A DNA stretch of 48,671 nt from Pedosphaera sp. (GCA_031414955.1 JANOQV010000009.1:1-48671); one strand, 5' to 3'. Numbered from the stretch's first letter, positions 10,416-20,489 are shown. The notes: generated by a model from the letters alone, not told the origin. A program made the numbers and translations.

Positions 10416-10654
10416 CAAAGCACTCCTCCTGCGGTTGCTTGGGAACCCTCGACTGCCTCGGGGAAGTCTTGGGCGTTGGTGACTTCGACGCTTGCTCGCG
10501 AAGCTCGGTCGTTCACGAGATGTCATACGGGCGGTTTCGCATTCTAAACCTCGACGCCATCATCGCAGCCAAGGAAGCTGTGGGCCGCGACAAGGACAAG
10601 GCCGCCGTCAAACAACTCCGGGCCATCCTAGAGCGTCGGCAAAGCGGTCATTGA
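10412..10654 (+). pseudogene. C-terminal fragment of a nucleotidyltransferase-like (DUF6036-type) protein
   Basis: GTLDCLGEVLGVGDF...RILNLDAIIAAKEAVGRDKDK resembles the C-terminal half of these proteins; the N-terminal GG/DxD catalytic region is absent. Confidence 0.55.
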
Positions 10655-10688
10655 CTCATAAAACGCAAATCTGAAATCGTAAATCCAC

Positions 10689-11588
10689 ATGGCTATTCTC
10701 GTTAAACCCGACACCAAACTCCTCATCCAGGGCATCACCGGCGAATTCGGCGCGCGCCACGCCAGGCTCTCCATCGACTACGGCACGCAGGTCGTGGCTG
10801 GCGTCACGCCGAACAAGGGCGGGCAGTTCTTCGAACACGGCGGGATGAAGGTGCCCATCTTTGACACCGTGGCGGACGCGGTGAAACAGACCGGCGCGAC
10901 CGCCAGCGCGGTCTTCGTGCCGCCGCCGTTTGCCGCCGACGCGATTCTGGAAGGCGTCGATGCCGGACTCGATCTCGTCGTCGCCATCACCGAGGGCATT
11001 CCGGTGCGCGACATGGTGCGTGCCAAGCAGGCCATGGCCGGCAGCAAGACGCGGCTCATCGGCCCGAACTGCCCCGGCGTGGTCACGCCCGGCGAGGGCA
11101 AGGACTCGCACGGCGGCTGCCGCATCGGCATCGCGCCCGGCTACATTCACAAGAAGGGCCACATCGGCGTCGTCTCGCGCAGCGGCACCCTCACTTATGA
11201 AGCGGTCTGGCAACTGACGTCGCGCGGCGTGGGGCAAAGCACCTGCGTTGGCATCGGCGGCGATCCAGTCAATGGCACGTCGCACCTTGATGTGATCCAA
11301 CTCTTCATGGCTGACCCGGAGACGACGGGCATCATCATGATCGGCGAAATCGGTGGCAGCGCCGAGGAGGAAGCCGCCGAGTGGATCAAGAAGCACGGCA
11401 CCAAGCCTGTCGCTGGATTCATTGCCGGCGCCACCGCTCCGCCCGGACGCCGCATGGGCCATGCCGGCGCCATCGTCAGTGGGGGCAAAGGCACCGCCCA
11501 GGCCAAGATTGACGCCTTCAAAGCCGCGGGCATTGGCATCGCCATCACGCCCAGCGAAATGGCGGACACGCTCCTGAAGATGATGTGA
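10689..11588 (+). CDS. sucD: succinyl-CoA ligase alpha subunit
   Basis: [37 protein letters not shown]. Confidence 0.98.
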   Translation: MAILVKPDTKLLIQGITGEFGARHARLSIDYGTQVVAGVTPNKGGQFFEHGGMKVPIFDTVADAVKQTGATASAVFVPPPFAADAILEGVDAGLDLVVAITEGIPVRDMVRAKQAMAGSKTRLIGPNCPGVVTPGEGKDSHGGCRIGIAPGYIHKKGHIGVVSRSGTLTYEAVWQLTSRGVGQSTCVGIGGDPVNGTSHLDVIQLFMADPETTGIIMIGEIGGSAEEEAAEWIKKHGTKPVAGFIAGATAPPGRRMGHAGAIVSGGKGTAQAKIDAFKAAGIGIAITPSEMADTLLKMM

Positions 11589-11668
11589 GAATGACGAATG
11601 ACGGATTGCCTTTTGCGCGCTGGCCTCCGTTCGACATTCTGTCATTAGGCATTCGTCATTCGGCATTC
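11589..11668. repeat. heptamer-repeat palindromic element
   Basis: GAATGAC-GAATGAC left arm; CATTCTGT-CATTAGG-CATTCGT-CATTCGG-CATTC right arm. Confidence 0.7.
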
Positions 11669-11672
11669 CTCC

Positions 11673-12512
11673 ATGCCCGTCCTCGACTTCATCCTCAACT
11701 GCGCCTGCCTGCTCCTCTGGCTGAACTGGCGGAGCCGGGGCCTGGCGGGCACCCCGCACGTCTCTGGCATCGCACTCGTCGGCACGTTGCGGCGGGCCGG
11801 CGATTCCAAGCGCGACCGGTGGAGTTCACCAGCGGTGCTCGTCGCCGTGCTCATCGTCCGCGCTTTTCTCTACTGGCAGGTGGGAACCGCCCACCATTGG
11901 GCGCCGCAAATTTCTCTCTCGGCCGTGGTGCTCCATTTTCGGCCGGACCATTTCACCAGAATGCTGGCCTTCTCGCTGTTTGGATTCTTGCGAATGTTGG
12001 GCGGATTCTATTTCACGTTGCTCCTGCTGACCGCCTTGAATCGCGCCGGTACCGCCGGTTCGTGGCCTGCCCTGATCCGAGCGCACCTCGGTTTACTCGG
12101 TCGCCTCCCGGGGTGGCTCTGCCTATTGCTGCCCTTCGTGGTCACCTTTCTGTTCTGGCTGGTGGCCGGTCCGTTGCTGGCGCTCATCAGAGTTCATCTG
12201 CCCGTGACATCGTTTTACCAACTCTGCCTCCAGGCCTCCATCATCGGGCTGCACGGGTGGATGGTCTGGCCCTGCGTCATCGCCGCTCTGCTCGGGTTGC
12301 ACCTGGTTTCGAGCTACGTCTATTTCGGCCGCGCGCCTTTCTGGAATTTCGTCAATGCCATTGCCCGCCAATTGCTGCGTCCGGGCGCGGTCCTGCCGTT
12401 GCGACTGGGGAAATTTGATTTAGTGCCGCTGATTGGGATCGTCTTGATGGTGCTCGTGGCCCTCCAGGCCCCGCAAGGTCTGGCCTGGCTCTACCAGCGC
12501 CTGGCGTTATGA
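11673..12512 (+). CDS. polytopic membrane protein (YggT-like C-terminus)
   Basis: multiple hydrophobic segments; LLRP...LRLGKFDLVPLIG resembles the YggT signature. Confidence 0.7.
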   Translation: MPVLDFILNCACLLLWLNWRSRGLAGTPHVSGIALVGTLRRAGDSKRDRWSSPAVLVAVLIVRAFLYWQVGTAHHWAPQISLSAVVLHFRPDHFTRMLAFSLFGFLRMLGGFYFTLLLLTALNRAGTAGSWPALIRAHLGLLGRLPGWLCLLLPFVVTFLFWLVAGPLLALIRVHLPVTSFYQLCLQASIIGLHGWMVWPCVIAALLGLHLVSSYVYFGRAPFWNFVNAIARQLLRPGAVLPLRLGKFDLVPLIGIVLMVLVALQAPQGLAWLYQRLAL

Positions 12513-12516
12513 ACGG

Positions 12517-14208
12517 CTACGGCACGGCCAACTGGAAGTAGGCCTCGCCCGCGGCGGGGCCTGGCACGGTGGCGTGGAACTGGCCATTGGACTGGACCAC
12601 GGGGACGCCGGCGGGCTGCCAGTTCACCGGGGCCGCCAGGTTGGTGGCGACATACAGGCTGAAGCCCGTCGCTGCGGCGGACCAGGCAAGCCGGATGGAA
12701 TTACCCGACACCGACACCGTCAAAGACGGCAGCGGCCCCGCCTCCAACCGCACGTTGTCCCAGTTCACCTCAATGCCCGGCGCGCTGTTCAAATTCACCA
12801 ATCGGATGCCGAGCGGTTGTCCGAGGAACGGATGCGACGTGCCGATGGCGACGCTGACGGTGGAGGTGAGGAACCGCCCTTCGCCGGGCAGCAGCGTATT
12901 GAGATCGGACGCGAGGACATTCGTGCCCGCGAGCAGGTCGATGCGGTAGTTCGGGAAACCGCCGAAGGCGAAAGGTGCGTTCACATCATTGCCGATGTTG
13001 CCCACCTCCACGCGCAACACGTAATGCCTCCGTGGCTGGAGCGTGGTGGCCAGCGTCTGTTGCAATCCGGCTTCGATGTTGGTGAAGAAGGTCTGGTTCG
13101 CCTGATTGTCCATCAGGAAAATCACGCCCACGTTGTTCCCGTCAGGCGCCGGCTCGACGTAGAGCGTGGTCGGGGCCGGACGCAGTGCGCCGATGGTGCG
13201 GTTGTTGAAATTTATGTTACTGCCATACACCGACCACCCCGTCGGGGCGGCCGTGGCGGAGAAGGCTCCCGGCGCGAGGGCGGGCAACTCGAAGCTGTGA
13301 TTGTTCACCACCAGCGCGGTCGTGCCCACGGCGGCCAGCGTCTCGGCCAGCCACAGCGCGGCGGGCGCGTCTTGATTGGCGGGGATGAGGTGACCCACGC
13401 CGGGCAGACGAATGAAGGTCGAGGGGACGCCCGCGTTGGTCAGCGCGGTGTAAAGCAACTGGCTGGCGAGAATGTTCACGTTCGGGTCCGCCTCGCCATG
13501 GATGATGCGGAAGGGCGGCGCGTCCGGGCGCACGAAGTTGATCGGGTTCACCGTGGCGAGCGTGAGCGGATTATTCGTCGCGTAATCGCCGAGCAGCCAG
13601 CGGTCGTAGTCGAAGCCCGGCACCGTGGTCGGCACCTGGAGCAAATCCGTCGGCCCGGTCATATCGACCACGGCCTGCACGCGGCTCGACTGGCCGAGAT
13701 GTTCGCCCACGTCGAACAGGTTCGTATGCCCGCTCGCGCCCGTGAGCGCGGAGAGATGGCCGCCCGAGGAGAAGCCCCAGATGCCGATGCGGTTGGTGTC
13801 GAGGTTGAACAACGCCGCGTTCGCGCGCAACCAGCGCAGGGCGGACTTCACGTCGTGGATTTGCGCCGGGTGCGGCAGGTTCAACGGATACGGCGAGGGC
13901 GGTGGATTCGTGGTGTAGCGATAGCTGATGGCGGCGACGGCGATGTTGTGATTGGTGAGAGCGAGGGCGCGGGGATTGTTCTCGTTGTCCGAAGCCCAAC
14001 CGCCGCCGTGGACCCACACCACGACCGGCGTGGGCACAGAGTTGGACGGCACGTAATACAAGTCCATCCACTGTCGCGCCTGCCCGCCGGTGACGTAAGG
14101 CAGGTTGTTCGTGACGCGATAATTCGTGGGCAGCGACTGGGCCGATGCCAGCCAAGGCAGGGCGTTAGCGACCAGCAAGGCCGCAGCCCGGACGATGAGG
14201 ATTTTCAT
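12517..14208 (-). CDS. secreted alpha/beta hydrolase (HSL-type esterase) with an additional beta-rich domain and C-terminal sorting-like domain
   Basis: signal peptide; HGGGW oxyanion motif, GFSSGG nucleophile motif, HGEAD, GVGH. Confidence 0.88.
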   Translation of the reverse strand: MKILIVRAAALLVANALPWLASAQSLPTNYRVTNNLPYVTGGQARQWMDLYYVPSNSVPTPVVVWVHGGGWASDNENNPRALALTNHNIAVAAISYRYTTNPPPSPYPLNLPHPAQIHDVKSALRWLRANAALFNLDTNRIGIWGFSSGGHLSALTGASGHTNLFDVGEHLGQSSRVQAVVDMTGPTDLLQVPTTVPGFDYDRWLLGDYATNNPLTLATVNPINFVRPDAPPFRIIHGEADPNVNILASQLLYTALTNAGVPSTFIRLPGVGHLIPANQDAPAALWLAETLAAVGTTALVVNNHSFELPALAPGAFSATAAPTGWSVYGSNINFNNRTIGALRPAPTTLYVEPAPDGNNVGVIFLMDNQANQTFFTNIEAGLQQTLATTLQPRRHYVLRVEVGNIGNDVNAPFAFGGFPNYRIDLLAGTNVLASDLNTLLPGEGRFLTSTVSVAIGTSHPFLGQPLGIRLVNLNSAPGIEVNWDNVRLEAGPLPSLTVSVSGNSIRLAWSAAATGFSLYVATNLAAPVNWQPAGVPVVQSNGQFHATVPGPAAGEAYFQLAVP

Positions 14209-14259
14209 AAATCGGTCTGGAATCAATTCACGCGAGATTAGCTTACCGCACCAAAGTTC

Positions 14260-16833
14260 TCAAAGCCGGACTTCCACCGTGCGCACATGGGCCACCCAGC
14301 GCACCGGCACCGCGCCCGAACCGGTGACCAAAATGATCAACGCATCGTCTATGTTATCCGCCTGCGTCGTCACGCTCCAGGCTGCGACATTCTCGCCCAG
14401 CGTGGTCACGTCCGGTCCGCCCACCAGGGTGGTCACACCGCCAATGTTCTTGATCACGCCACGAATCTGGTAGCCGCCCGCGCTCGCGCCGTCGCTGCCC
14501 ACCACGAGAATGTCATAGGTCAGCATGCTGCCGGTCCAGAGGATGATCTCGCGATCAACTCCGTCGAGGAACAACTCGGTCTGGACGACGCCAGTCGAGG
14601 TGCCACGCAGCACGTACTGTGAATGCTGGGCGTCGCCCGTCCGGGCGAACGCGCCGCTGGCGAAGGCGTGCTGGTTGTAGTTGGTGGCCCGGGCCAACTG
14701 GCCGCCGGGAATGACCGCGTGCTGAGCCGAGGGTTCGATGAGGTTGCCGCGCCCACCGCTGATGGTGGCATTCGTCGCGGAGACGGCGTTGGCCAGGTTG
14801 CCGATGACATTGGACTCGCCGCCGCCAATCGTACTGGCAGGCGCGTTGAAGCCGATGACGTTGAAGGTGCCGCCGGCCACCACGCTGTTGGTCGAGCCCT
14901 GGTTGATCACATTGCCCCGACCGCCGCCGACCGCACTGGAAGGCGCGTCGCTCCCGATGCTGTTCAGGAATCCGCCGGCGACAACGCTGTTGGTGGATCG
15001 CGGGCCGACCGTGTTGCGCTGCCCGCCGCCGATGGCCGCTCCGATCGATTGTTGTTCAATCAGATGCCGCGCGCCGCCGGCAATGGCGGCGTACGAGGCC
15101 GTGGTTCCGATGGTGTTGCTGTAGCCGCCGCTGACGGTCGCGTGAACGGAGAACTCTTGCACGAGGTTGCTCGAACCGCCGCCGATGGTCCCGCCCGGCG
15201 CGTTGATGTCCACGCGGTTGCGCTCGCCGCCCGCGAGGGTGGAGGCGCGCGAGTTGAACCCGATTAAATTCTGGCGTCCGCCGCCGATGACGCCGCCCGC
15301 CACCGCCGCGTCGATCAAGTTGCCCGCGCCGCCAGCGATGGTCGCGTTAGCCGAGTTGCCCAGAATCCGGTTGGTCACGCCGCCGCCAATGGTTGACGCG
15401 GCGGAGAGCGCTTGGACCGCATTCGTCCCGCCACCGCCGATGGTGACGAGACTGGTGCGCGGATCGATGGTGTTGCGCTGGCCGCCGCTGATGGTTCCGT
15501 ACGGGCTGTTCGTTTCGATGCGGTTATTGCCTCCTCCGCCGATGGTGCCGAAGGGCGAGTCGAAGCGAATCAAATTGGTCGCGCCGCCGCCGATGCTGCC
15601 GAAGTCCGAGTCGCTGTCGATATGGTTGGTGCGCCCGCCGGCAATCGTCGCCGCCACCGCGAGCACGCTGTTCAACTCACCGCCGCCGATGCTGCCGTCC
15701 GTGCTGGTGCCGGAGAGGAAGTTGCGCCGCCCGCCCCCAATCGCTCCGTGCGTGGCCTGATTGGTGTTGAAGTCGCCCCCGGCAATGGTGGAGGAGACGA
15801 GGCCGCCGACGTAATTGCCCGCACCACCGCCGAGGGTCGGCGTGTAAATAGAGGTGGCCAGGGTGTTGCCGCTGCCACCACCGATGACCCCGGCGAGCGT
15901 GAAGCCGCGAATGGTGTTATTCACCCCCCCGCTGATCACGCCGTCATCGGACACGATGTCGATGAGATTGCCGCTCCCGCCGCCGATGAAGCCGTAGCCG
16001 CCCTGGACGGAGTTGTTGGCCCCGGCGCGTCCGCCACCCGCAATGGTGCCGCCCACGCTGGTCACGGTGTTGCCGACGAAGCCGCCGGTGATGTTCGGCG
16101 CGCTGGCCGCACCGGTGAATTCGTGCCGCAGCGAGCGATTGTTGTTCACCCGGAAATCCAGCGGGGCCAGTTCACCGGCGATGGTGCCGAGGAAGTTTAC
16201 GTTCGCCGTGATGTTCCCGTTGCCGAGCAGGTTCCAGTAGCAATTGCTGTAGGTGAGGCAACTCACTGCGGCGGCGAGCACGAGCTGATTCTGATTCGTG
16301 CGCAGAAAAAGTTCGCCCTCCACGACGAGTTGGATGTCATCCGCCAGCCCATTGAAACTTTTCACCACCTGGCCCGGCGCAATCTTGTCCGCGCTCACCG
16401 CGTTGGTGGCGAGCGCCGCGTTGCCCACGGCATTGGAGGCGACTCCTCCCGCTGTGAGTGCGTGCAGCGCATAGGGCGTTGGGCGCACTGGCTGGCGCGG
16501 AGACAGCATGGTGAAGGCGGCGGTGCTGTTCGTGCGCAATCCAATCTCCAGCCAGTATTGTTTGCCGTCCAAGACGGCGCCGCCGAAGTCGATGACCGTC
16601 GAGAACACGCCGTCCGTGACCTCCACGATGTTGGTGACCGGCCCGGCCACCCGGATGCCGCCTGTCGGGCTGTCGTAGAAGTCGTAATAGTGTTCATAAT
16701 TCAATTTGCCTGGGTTGGGCTTGCCTGCCTCGGTGAGCAGACCCTGGTAGAAGAAGCCAGTGTCCAGCGGCGCGGCGGCCACGGAGGCGACGACGGCAAA
16801 GAGCGCCAGTGTGATGGTGGGGATTGTTTTCAT
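14260..16833 (-). CDS. secreted Gly-rich repeat fibre/adhesin-like protein
   Basis: signal peptide; FFYQGLL...DFG...YWLEIGLR...LSPRQ...PYALHA N-terminal module; many 17-aa xTIGGGxxNxI repeats. Confidence 0.8.
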   Translation of the reverse strand: MKTIPTITLALFAVVASVAAAPLDTGFFYQGLLTEAGKPNPGKLNYEHYYDFYDSPTGGIRVAGPVTNIVEVTDGVFSTVIDFGGAVLDGKQYWLEIGLRTNSTAAFTMLSPRQPVRPTPYALHALTAGGVASNAVGNAALATNAVSADKIAPGQVVKSFNGLADDIQLVVEGELFLRTNQNQLVLAAAVSCLTYSNCYWNLLGNGNITANVNFLGTIAGELAPLDFRVNNNRSLRHEFTGAASAPNITGGFVGNTVTSVGGTIAGGGRAGANNSVQGGYGFIGGGSGNLIDIVSDDGVISGGVNNTIRGFTLAGVIGGGSGNTLATSIYTPTLGGGAGNYVGGLVSSTIAGGDFNTNQATHGAIGGGRRNFLSGTSTDGSIGGGELNSVLAVAATIAGGRTNHIDSDSDFGSIGGGATNLIRFDSPFGTIGGGGNNRIETNSPYGTISGGQRNTIDPRTSLVTIGGGGTNAVQALSAASTIGGGVTNRILGNSANATIAGGAGNLIDAAVAGGVIGGGRQNLIGFNSRASTLAGGERNRVDINAPGGTIGGGSSNLVQEFSVHATVSGGYSNTIGTTASYAAIAGGARHLIEQQSIGAAIGGGQRNTVGPRSTNSVVAGGFLNSIGSDAPSSAVGGGRGNVINQGSTNSVVAGGTFNVIGFNAPASTIGGGESNVIGNLANAVSATNATISGGRGNLIEPSAQHAVIPGGQLARATNYNQHAFASGAFARTGDAQHSQYVLRGTSTGVVQTELFLDGVDREIILWTGSMLTYDILVVGSDGASAGGYQIRGVIKNIGGVTTLVGGPDVTTLGENVAAWSVTTQADNIDDALIILVTGSGAVPVRWVAHVRTVEVRL

Positions 16834-16878
16834 AATTTGATCTTCCTGATGCGAGTTTCGGTGAGAGTAGAGTGAGGG

Positions 16879-19707
16879 TCAGTCATGGTCCGGAATTGCG
16901 ACGGCTCGGGATCCGCCCGCACTCCGCAGCAGCGCGCGCAGCTCCGCCAAATCCTTCCTCAGCGCGGTGATCTCGGCGGCCTGTGCCCGGGCGATTTGAT
17001 CAAGCCCCTGGATCGCCGCCAGCGCCACGCCGTCGGCGTCCACGGTGGCGATGGTTTTGTCGTCCGCGCCGAGGCCGAACGCGGCTTGGAAATCCTGGGC
17101 CATCGGGCCGACGTGGCGCGTGCCGGGCGCGTTGGTGTAGTGCCAGCTTTGCAGCGGCAACGCGGCGACCCTGGCCAGCACATCGCGCGTGTCCACCGGC
17201 GCGAAGCCCGCCTTGAGATTGCGATCCGAGGCGTTGTTCCAGGTGCTGCCGTCGCAGGTCGCGTTGACCACGCGCAGCCGCGCCGTGGACGACGCGGTGC
17301 CGATGGAGACGTTGCCGCCGCCGGCATTCAGGAACAACGTCGAGGCCGCGCTGTTGTTGCGGGCCTGAATCTCATTGCCGTCCAGGGCCACGTTGCCGGC
17401 GCTGACGGCTCCGAGAACGAGCGTGCCGCCGCCGGTGAGGTTCACGTCCGAACCGCCGACGACATGCAGTGGCGCATCGGGATTGTTGTGCCCGATGCCC
17501 ACGCCGCCGGTCGCCCGGATGAGGAATTGATTGGGAGCAGTAGAAGCAAAGCTCGTGTAATTAACGAAGTCAGCCCAAACGAACGAGCCATCGTGGTTGG
17601 CTTTGGCTAAAACCCCGGCGGCCAGGCTGTAACCACCGTTGGCTTCGTTGAACCATCCGCCCGGGACGCTCGCCCCATATCCGTCCGCGACATTGCCAAT
17701 GCCTCCACCCACCATTGAGTAAGTGCCGCTGCTCGTGTTCTCGTCTCCGCCACTGACCGTGGCTCCGAAAGAATTCGCGCGGTTTCCACGCCCGCCCGCC
17801 ACGGTGCTGTAGTCACCCGAGGCCAGGCCGTTCGCCCCGCCAGTCAGCGTGCTGAAGTCACCCGAAGCCACTCCATTTGTCCCACCCCCGACCGTGCTGT
17901 AGAGGCCGTAGGCGCGATTGTTCCTCCCACCCGCGACCGTGCTCGCCGTGTTGGTCGCTTGATTTGACTGCCCGCCCCCGACCGTGGCGTAGTTGCCGCT
18001 GCTGACGTTGAGAAGACCTCCGCCGACCGTGGTGCCCAGACCGCTGCTTTGGTTTCCATTGCCGCCGCCCACGGTGGCGAACACGGCACTGGCCGTGTTA
18101 TCAACTCCGCCACCGACCGTGGTGTAGTACGAACTGGCCGTGTTGTCGAAACCCCCGCCGACCGTTGCAGCCGATCCGGTGCTCTCGTTCTGGAAGCCGC
18201 CACTGACGGTGCTGTAGGAGTTGGTGGCTCGATTATCACGTCCGCCAGCCACCGTGGCACCAGGGCCGGAGCTTTGGTTATTCCATCCGCCCGCCACGGT
18301 GCTGAAGTCACCCGAGGCCAGCCCATTCGTCCCGCCGCCGACTGTGCTGTAGAGGCCGTAGGCGCGATTGTTTCTGCCTCCCGCGACGGTGCTGGCCGTG
18401 TTGGTCGCCGCGTTGAGCATGCCGCCTCCAACCGAAGTGAATTCCCCGCTGCTGCTGTTAAGCAGACCACCTCCCACTGCCGCGTGGGGTCCGCTGCTGG
18501 TGTTAGCGCTGCCACCCGCGACGGTGGAACTCAAGCCGCTGCTCTCGTTCCCGAAACCGCCGCCAACTGCGCCATAACTCCCGCTCGTGAGGTTGGCTTG
18601 TCCTCCGCCAACAGTCCCCCACGCACCAGCGTTGGTATTGTTCTGACCTCCCGCCACCGTGCTGTAGAACCCAATGGCCCGATTGTTCCTTCCACCCGCG
18701 ACCGTGCTCGCGGTGTTGGTCGCCTGATTGAAAAGTCCGCCGCCGACGAACGCGTAGTCGCCGTTGGCCAGGTTCACGCCACCGCCCGCCACCGTGGCGA
18801 AGAAGCCGATGCTGGTATTGTTGTAGCCGCCGCCGATGGTCGCGCCGACGCCCGCCGTATCGTTGCCCACGCCGCCGCCGACCGTCCCGTAACTGAGGCC
18901 CACGGTGTTCGGCGCGGGGCCGTTGCCCTCGTAATCCGCCGAGCCGCCGCCCGCGATGGTCGCGCCCACCACACCCGGCGCGATGAGATTCACCGGCGAA
19001 CCGCCGAGCACGCCCGGCGCATTCGCGGGCGACGAGTCGGGTTGGAGACGAAAGGCGCGGGAATTGTTCACGCGCAGTTCGAGCGGCTGGTTGTCCGTGG
19101 TGCCGAGGAAGTGGTTCGCCGGTTGCGTCCCGTTGTTGCCGCCGATGCGCCACGCGTTGCTCAAGGCCGCCACTGGCACCGGGCCGACGAGACTCGCGGC
19201 ATTCAGATTGGTCAGCCCGCCGCCGTCGCCGCTGAAGCTGCCGGCGAAAAGATTGGCCGCGTTGGTGATGGCGACCGCGCTGCCGTAGGTGCCGGCCAGT
19301 TGCGCGTTGGAAATCGCGCCGCTGAAGTTCAGCGCCCGAAGAGCATACGGCGTCGCCGTGATCGGCTGGCGCGGGGCGACGTTGGTGTAGTCGCCCAGGC
19401 TGGCACCCGGCCGCACCGCGATTTCCAGCCAGCGTTCGCTGCCGTCGAAGGCCGCGCCGCCGAAGTCGAGTAGGACGGTGAACAGGCCGTTGGTGACGCC
19501 GAGGTCGTTAAGCACGTTGCTGTCACCGACGGTGGTGCCGGCGGCGACCGCATCGTAGAGCGTAAAGGTGAGGTCATACTGTCCGTTGGCAGGCGCGCCG
19601 CCGTCGGTGAGGCGGCCTTGGTAAGTGAAGGCGCTGCCCAAGGACGCGGCGTGGCCGCGCACGAAGGAAGCGGCCAGGAGAAGGCTGATGAGGAGTGATG
19701 TTTTCAT
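16879..19707 (-). CDS. secreted tail-fibre-like protein with C-terminal peptidase S74 / intramolecular chaperone domain
   Basis: signal peptide; FTYQGRL...RWLEIAVR...PRQPITATPYA; 14-aa STVGGGxxNxA repeats; SDRNLK...WHY...HVGPMAQDF...DGVALAAIQGL followed by a coiled coil. Confidence 0.88.
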   Translation of the reverse strand: MKTSLLISLLLAASFVRGHAASLGSAFTYQGRLTDGGAPANGQYDLTFTLYDAVAAGTTVGDSNVLNDLGVTNGLFTVLLDFGGAAFDGSERWLEIAVRPGASLGDYTNVAPRQPITATPYALRALNFSGAISNAQLAGTYGSAVAITNAANLFAGSFSGDGGGLTNLNAASLVGPVPVAALSNAWRIGGNNGTQPANHFLGTTDNQPLELRVNNSRAFRLQPDSSPANAPGVLGGSPVNLIAPGVVGATIAGGGSADYEGNGPAPNTVGLSYGTVGGGVGNDTAGVGATIGGGYNNTSIGFFATVAGGGVNLANGDYAFVGGGLFNQATNTASTVAGGRNNRAIGFYSTVAGGQNNTNAGAWGTVGGGQANLTSGSYGAVGGGFGNESSGLSSTVAGGSANTSSGPHAAVGGGLLNSSSGEFTSVGGGMLNAATNTASTVAGGRNNRAYGLYSTVGGGTNGLASGDFSTVAGGWNNQSSGPGATVAGGRDNRATNSYSTVSGGFQNESTGSAATVGGGFDNTASSYYTTVGGGVDNTASAVFATVGGGNGNQSSGLGTTVGGGLLNVSSGNYATVGGGQSNQATNTASTVAGGRNNRAYGLYSTVGGGTNGVASGDFSTLTGGANGLASGDYSTVAGGRGNRANSFGATVSGGDENTSSGTYSMVGGGIGNVADGYGASVPGGWFNEANGGYSLAAGVLAKANHDGSFVWADFVNYTSFASTAPNQFLIRATGGVGIGHNNPDAPLHVVGGSDVNLTGGGTLVLGAVSAGNVALDGNEIQARNNSAASTLFLNAGGGNVSIGTASSTARLRVVNATCDGSTWNNASDRNLKAGFAPVDTRDVLARVAALPLQSWHYTNAPGTRHVGPMAQDFQAAFGLGADDKTIATVDADGVALAAIQGLDQIARAQAAEITALRKDLAELRALLRSAGGSRAVAIPDHD

Positions 19708-19759
19708 AGTCGTGATTTCAATGGCTGGTTATTTGGCGAGCGGATCGTTGGAAAGCATT

Positions 19760-20209
19760 TCAAAGTTTGCGCAGCCGGTAGAACCGCGCGGCGGGCGCGA
19801 TGGGTTGGCTGACCTGCTTCTCCCCGCTAACCACGGCGGGCACCGTGTTGACATCCGTCCAGTCTGGTGTGGTCAGGCTGGTGGATTCCTGCAACTGAAA
19901 ACCGGTGGCGGGATTCGGCCAGGCCAGAACGACGTTCGTGCTGTCGCGCAGGATGCGGAGCGCGGGCGCACTCTCGGCCGTCACGCCTGCCCAGAAGCCG
20001 CCCTGCAATGTGTAGGTGCCGCCGCTGGACATGACCGCGTCGGGCTGGCCGATGGTGCCGGCAAGGGTGTAAGGGCCGCCGGAACTTTGCCCGCCGCCAC
20101 CATCGAGCGTGAACCAATCAATGGCGAACTGCGCCTGGCCGCAGGAAGCCGCGAGCAGGAGCGTGAACAGGGCGAGACTGCGAAAGGGAACGATGTTTTG
20201 TTTCTTCAT
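19760..20209 (-). CDS. small secreted protein heading the fibre operon
   Basis: signal peptide; FAIDWFTLDGGGGQSSGGPYTLAGTIGQPDA...YTLQGGFW; C-terminal LAWP...FYRL domain. Confidence 0.8.
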   Translation of the reverse strand: MKKQNIVPFRSLALFTLLLAASCGQAQFAIDWFTLDGGGGQSSGGPYTLAGTIGQPDAVMSSGGTYTLQGGFWAGVTAESAPALRILRDSTNVVLAWPNPATGFQLQESTSLTTPDWTDVNTVPAVVSGEKQVSQPIAPAARFYRLRKL

Positions 20210-20224
20210 ACCCGCGCACGATGC

Positions 20225-20271
20225 GTGAACGGGCGTTAAACGAACGTGAACGGCACATGAAAAAGTATTCA
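20225..20271 (-). promoter_or_regulatory. putative OmpR-family binding site upstream of the fibre operon
   Basis: + strand GTGAA/GTTAA/GTGAA/ATGAA at 20225, 20235, 20246, 20257, ending TGAAAAAGTATTCA; same motif at 21902-21938. Confidence 0.6.
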
Positions 20272-20290
20272 GGTTGGATGCCGAAGGTCC

Positions 20291-20489
20291 GGCCCCGGAG
20301 GGGCCAAACGTGAATAGCCCCGGATGAAATCCGGGGTAACCTCCGGGAAATTTCACAACCCCGGAGGGGTTGAACCGCGCGAACCTGGAAGCGGCGGAAT
20401 GGTTCAACCCCTCCGGGGTTGCGTTTCATCATGCATCGTCACCCCGGATTTCATCCGGGGCCATTCACGTTCAATCGCTCCGCGATTGG
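20291..20489. repeat. REP/REPIN-like nested inverted-repeat element
   Basis: outer arms ACGTGAATAGCCCCGGATGAAATCCGGGGT / ACCCCGGATTTCATCCGGGGCCATTCACGT; inner arms CAACCCCGGAGGGGTTGAACC / GGTTCAACCCCTCCGGGGTTG; each arm is itself a hairpin. Confidence 0.85.

Noticed and set aside
14260..19707. Prophage tail module suggested by the S74 domain
   Set aside because: Both proteins have signal peptides, and no capsid, terminase, tail or integrase genes are nearby
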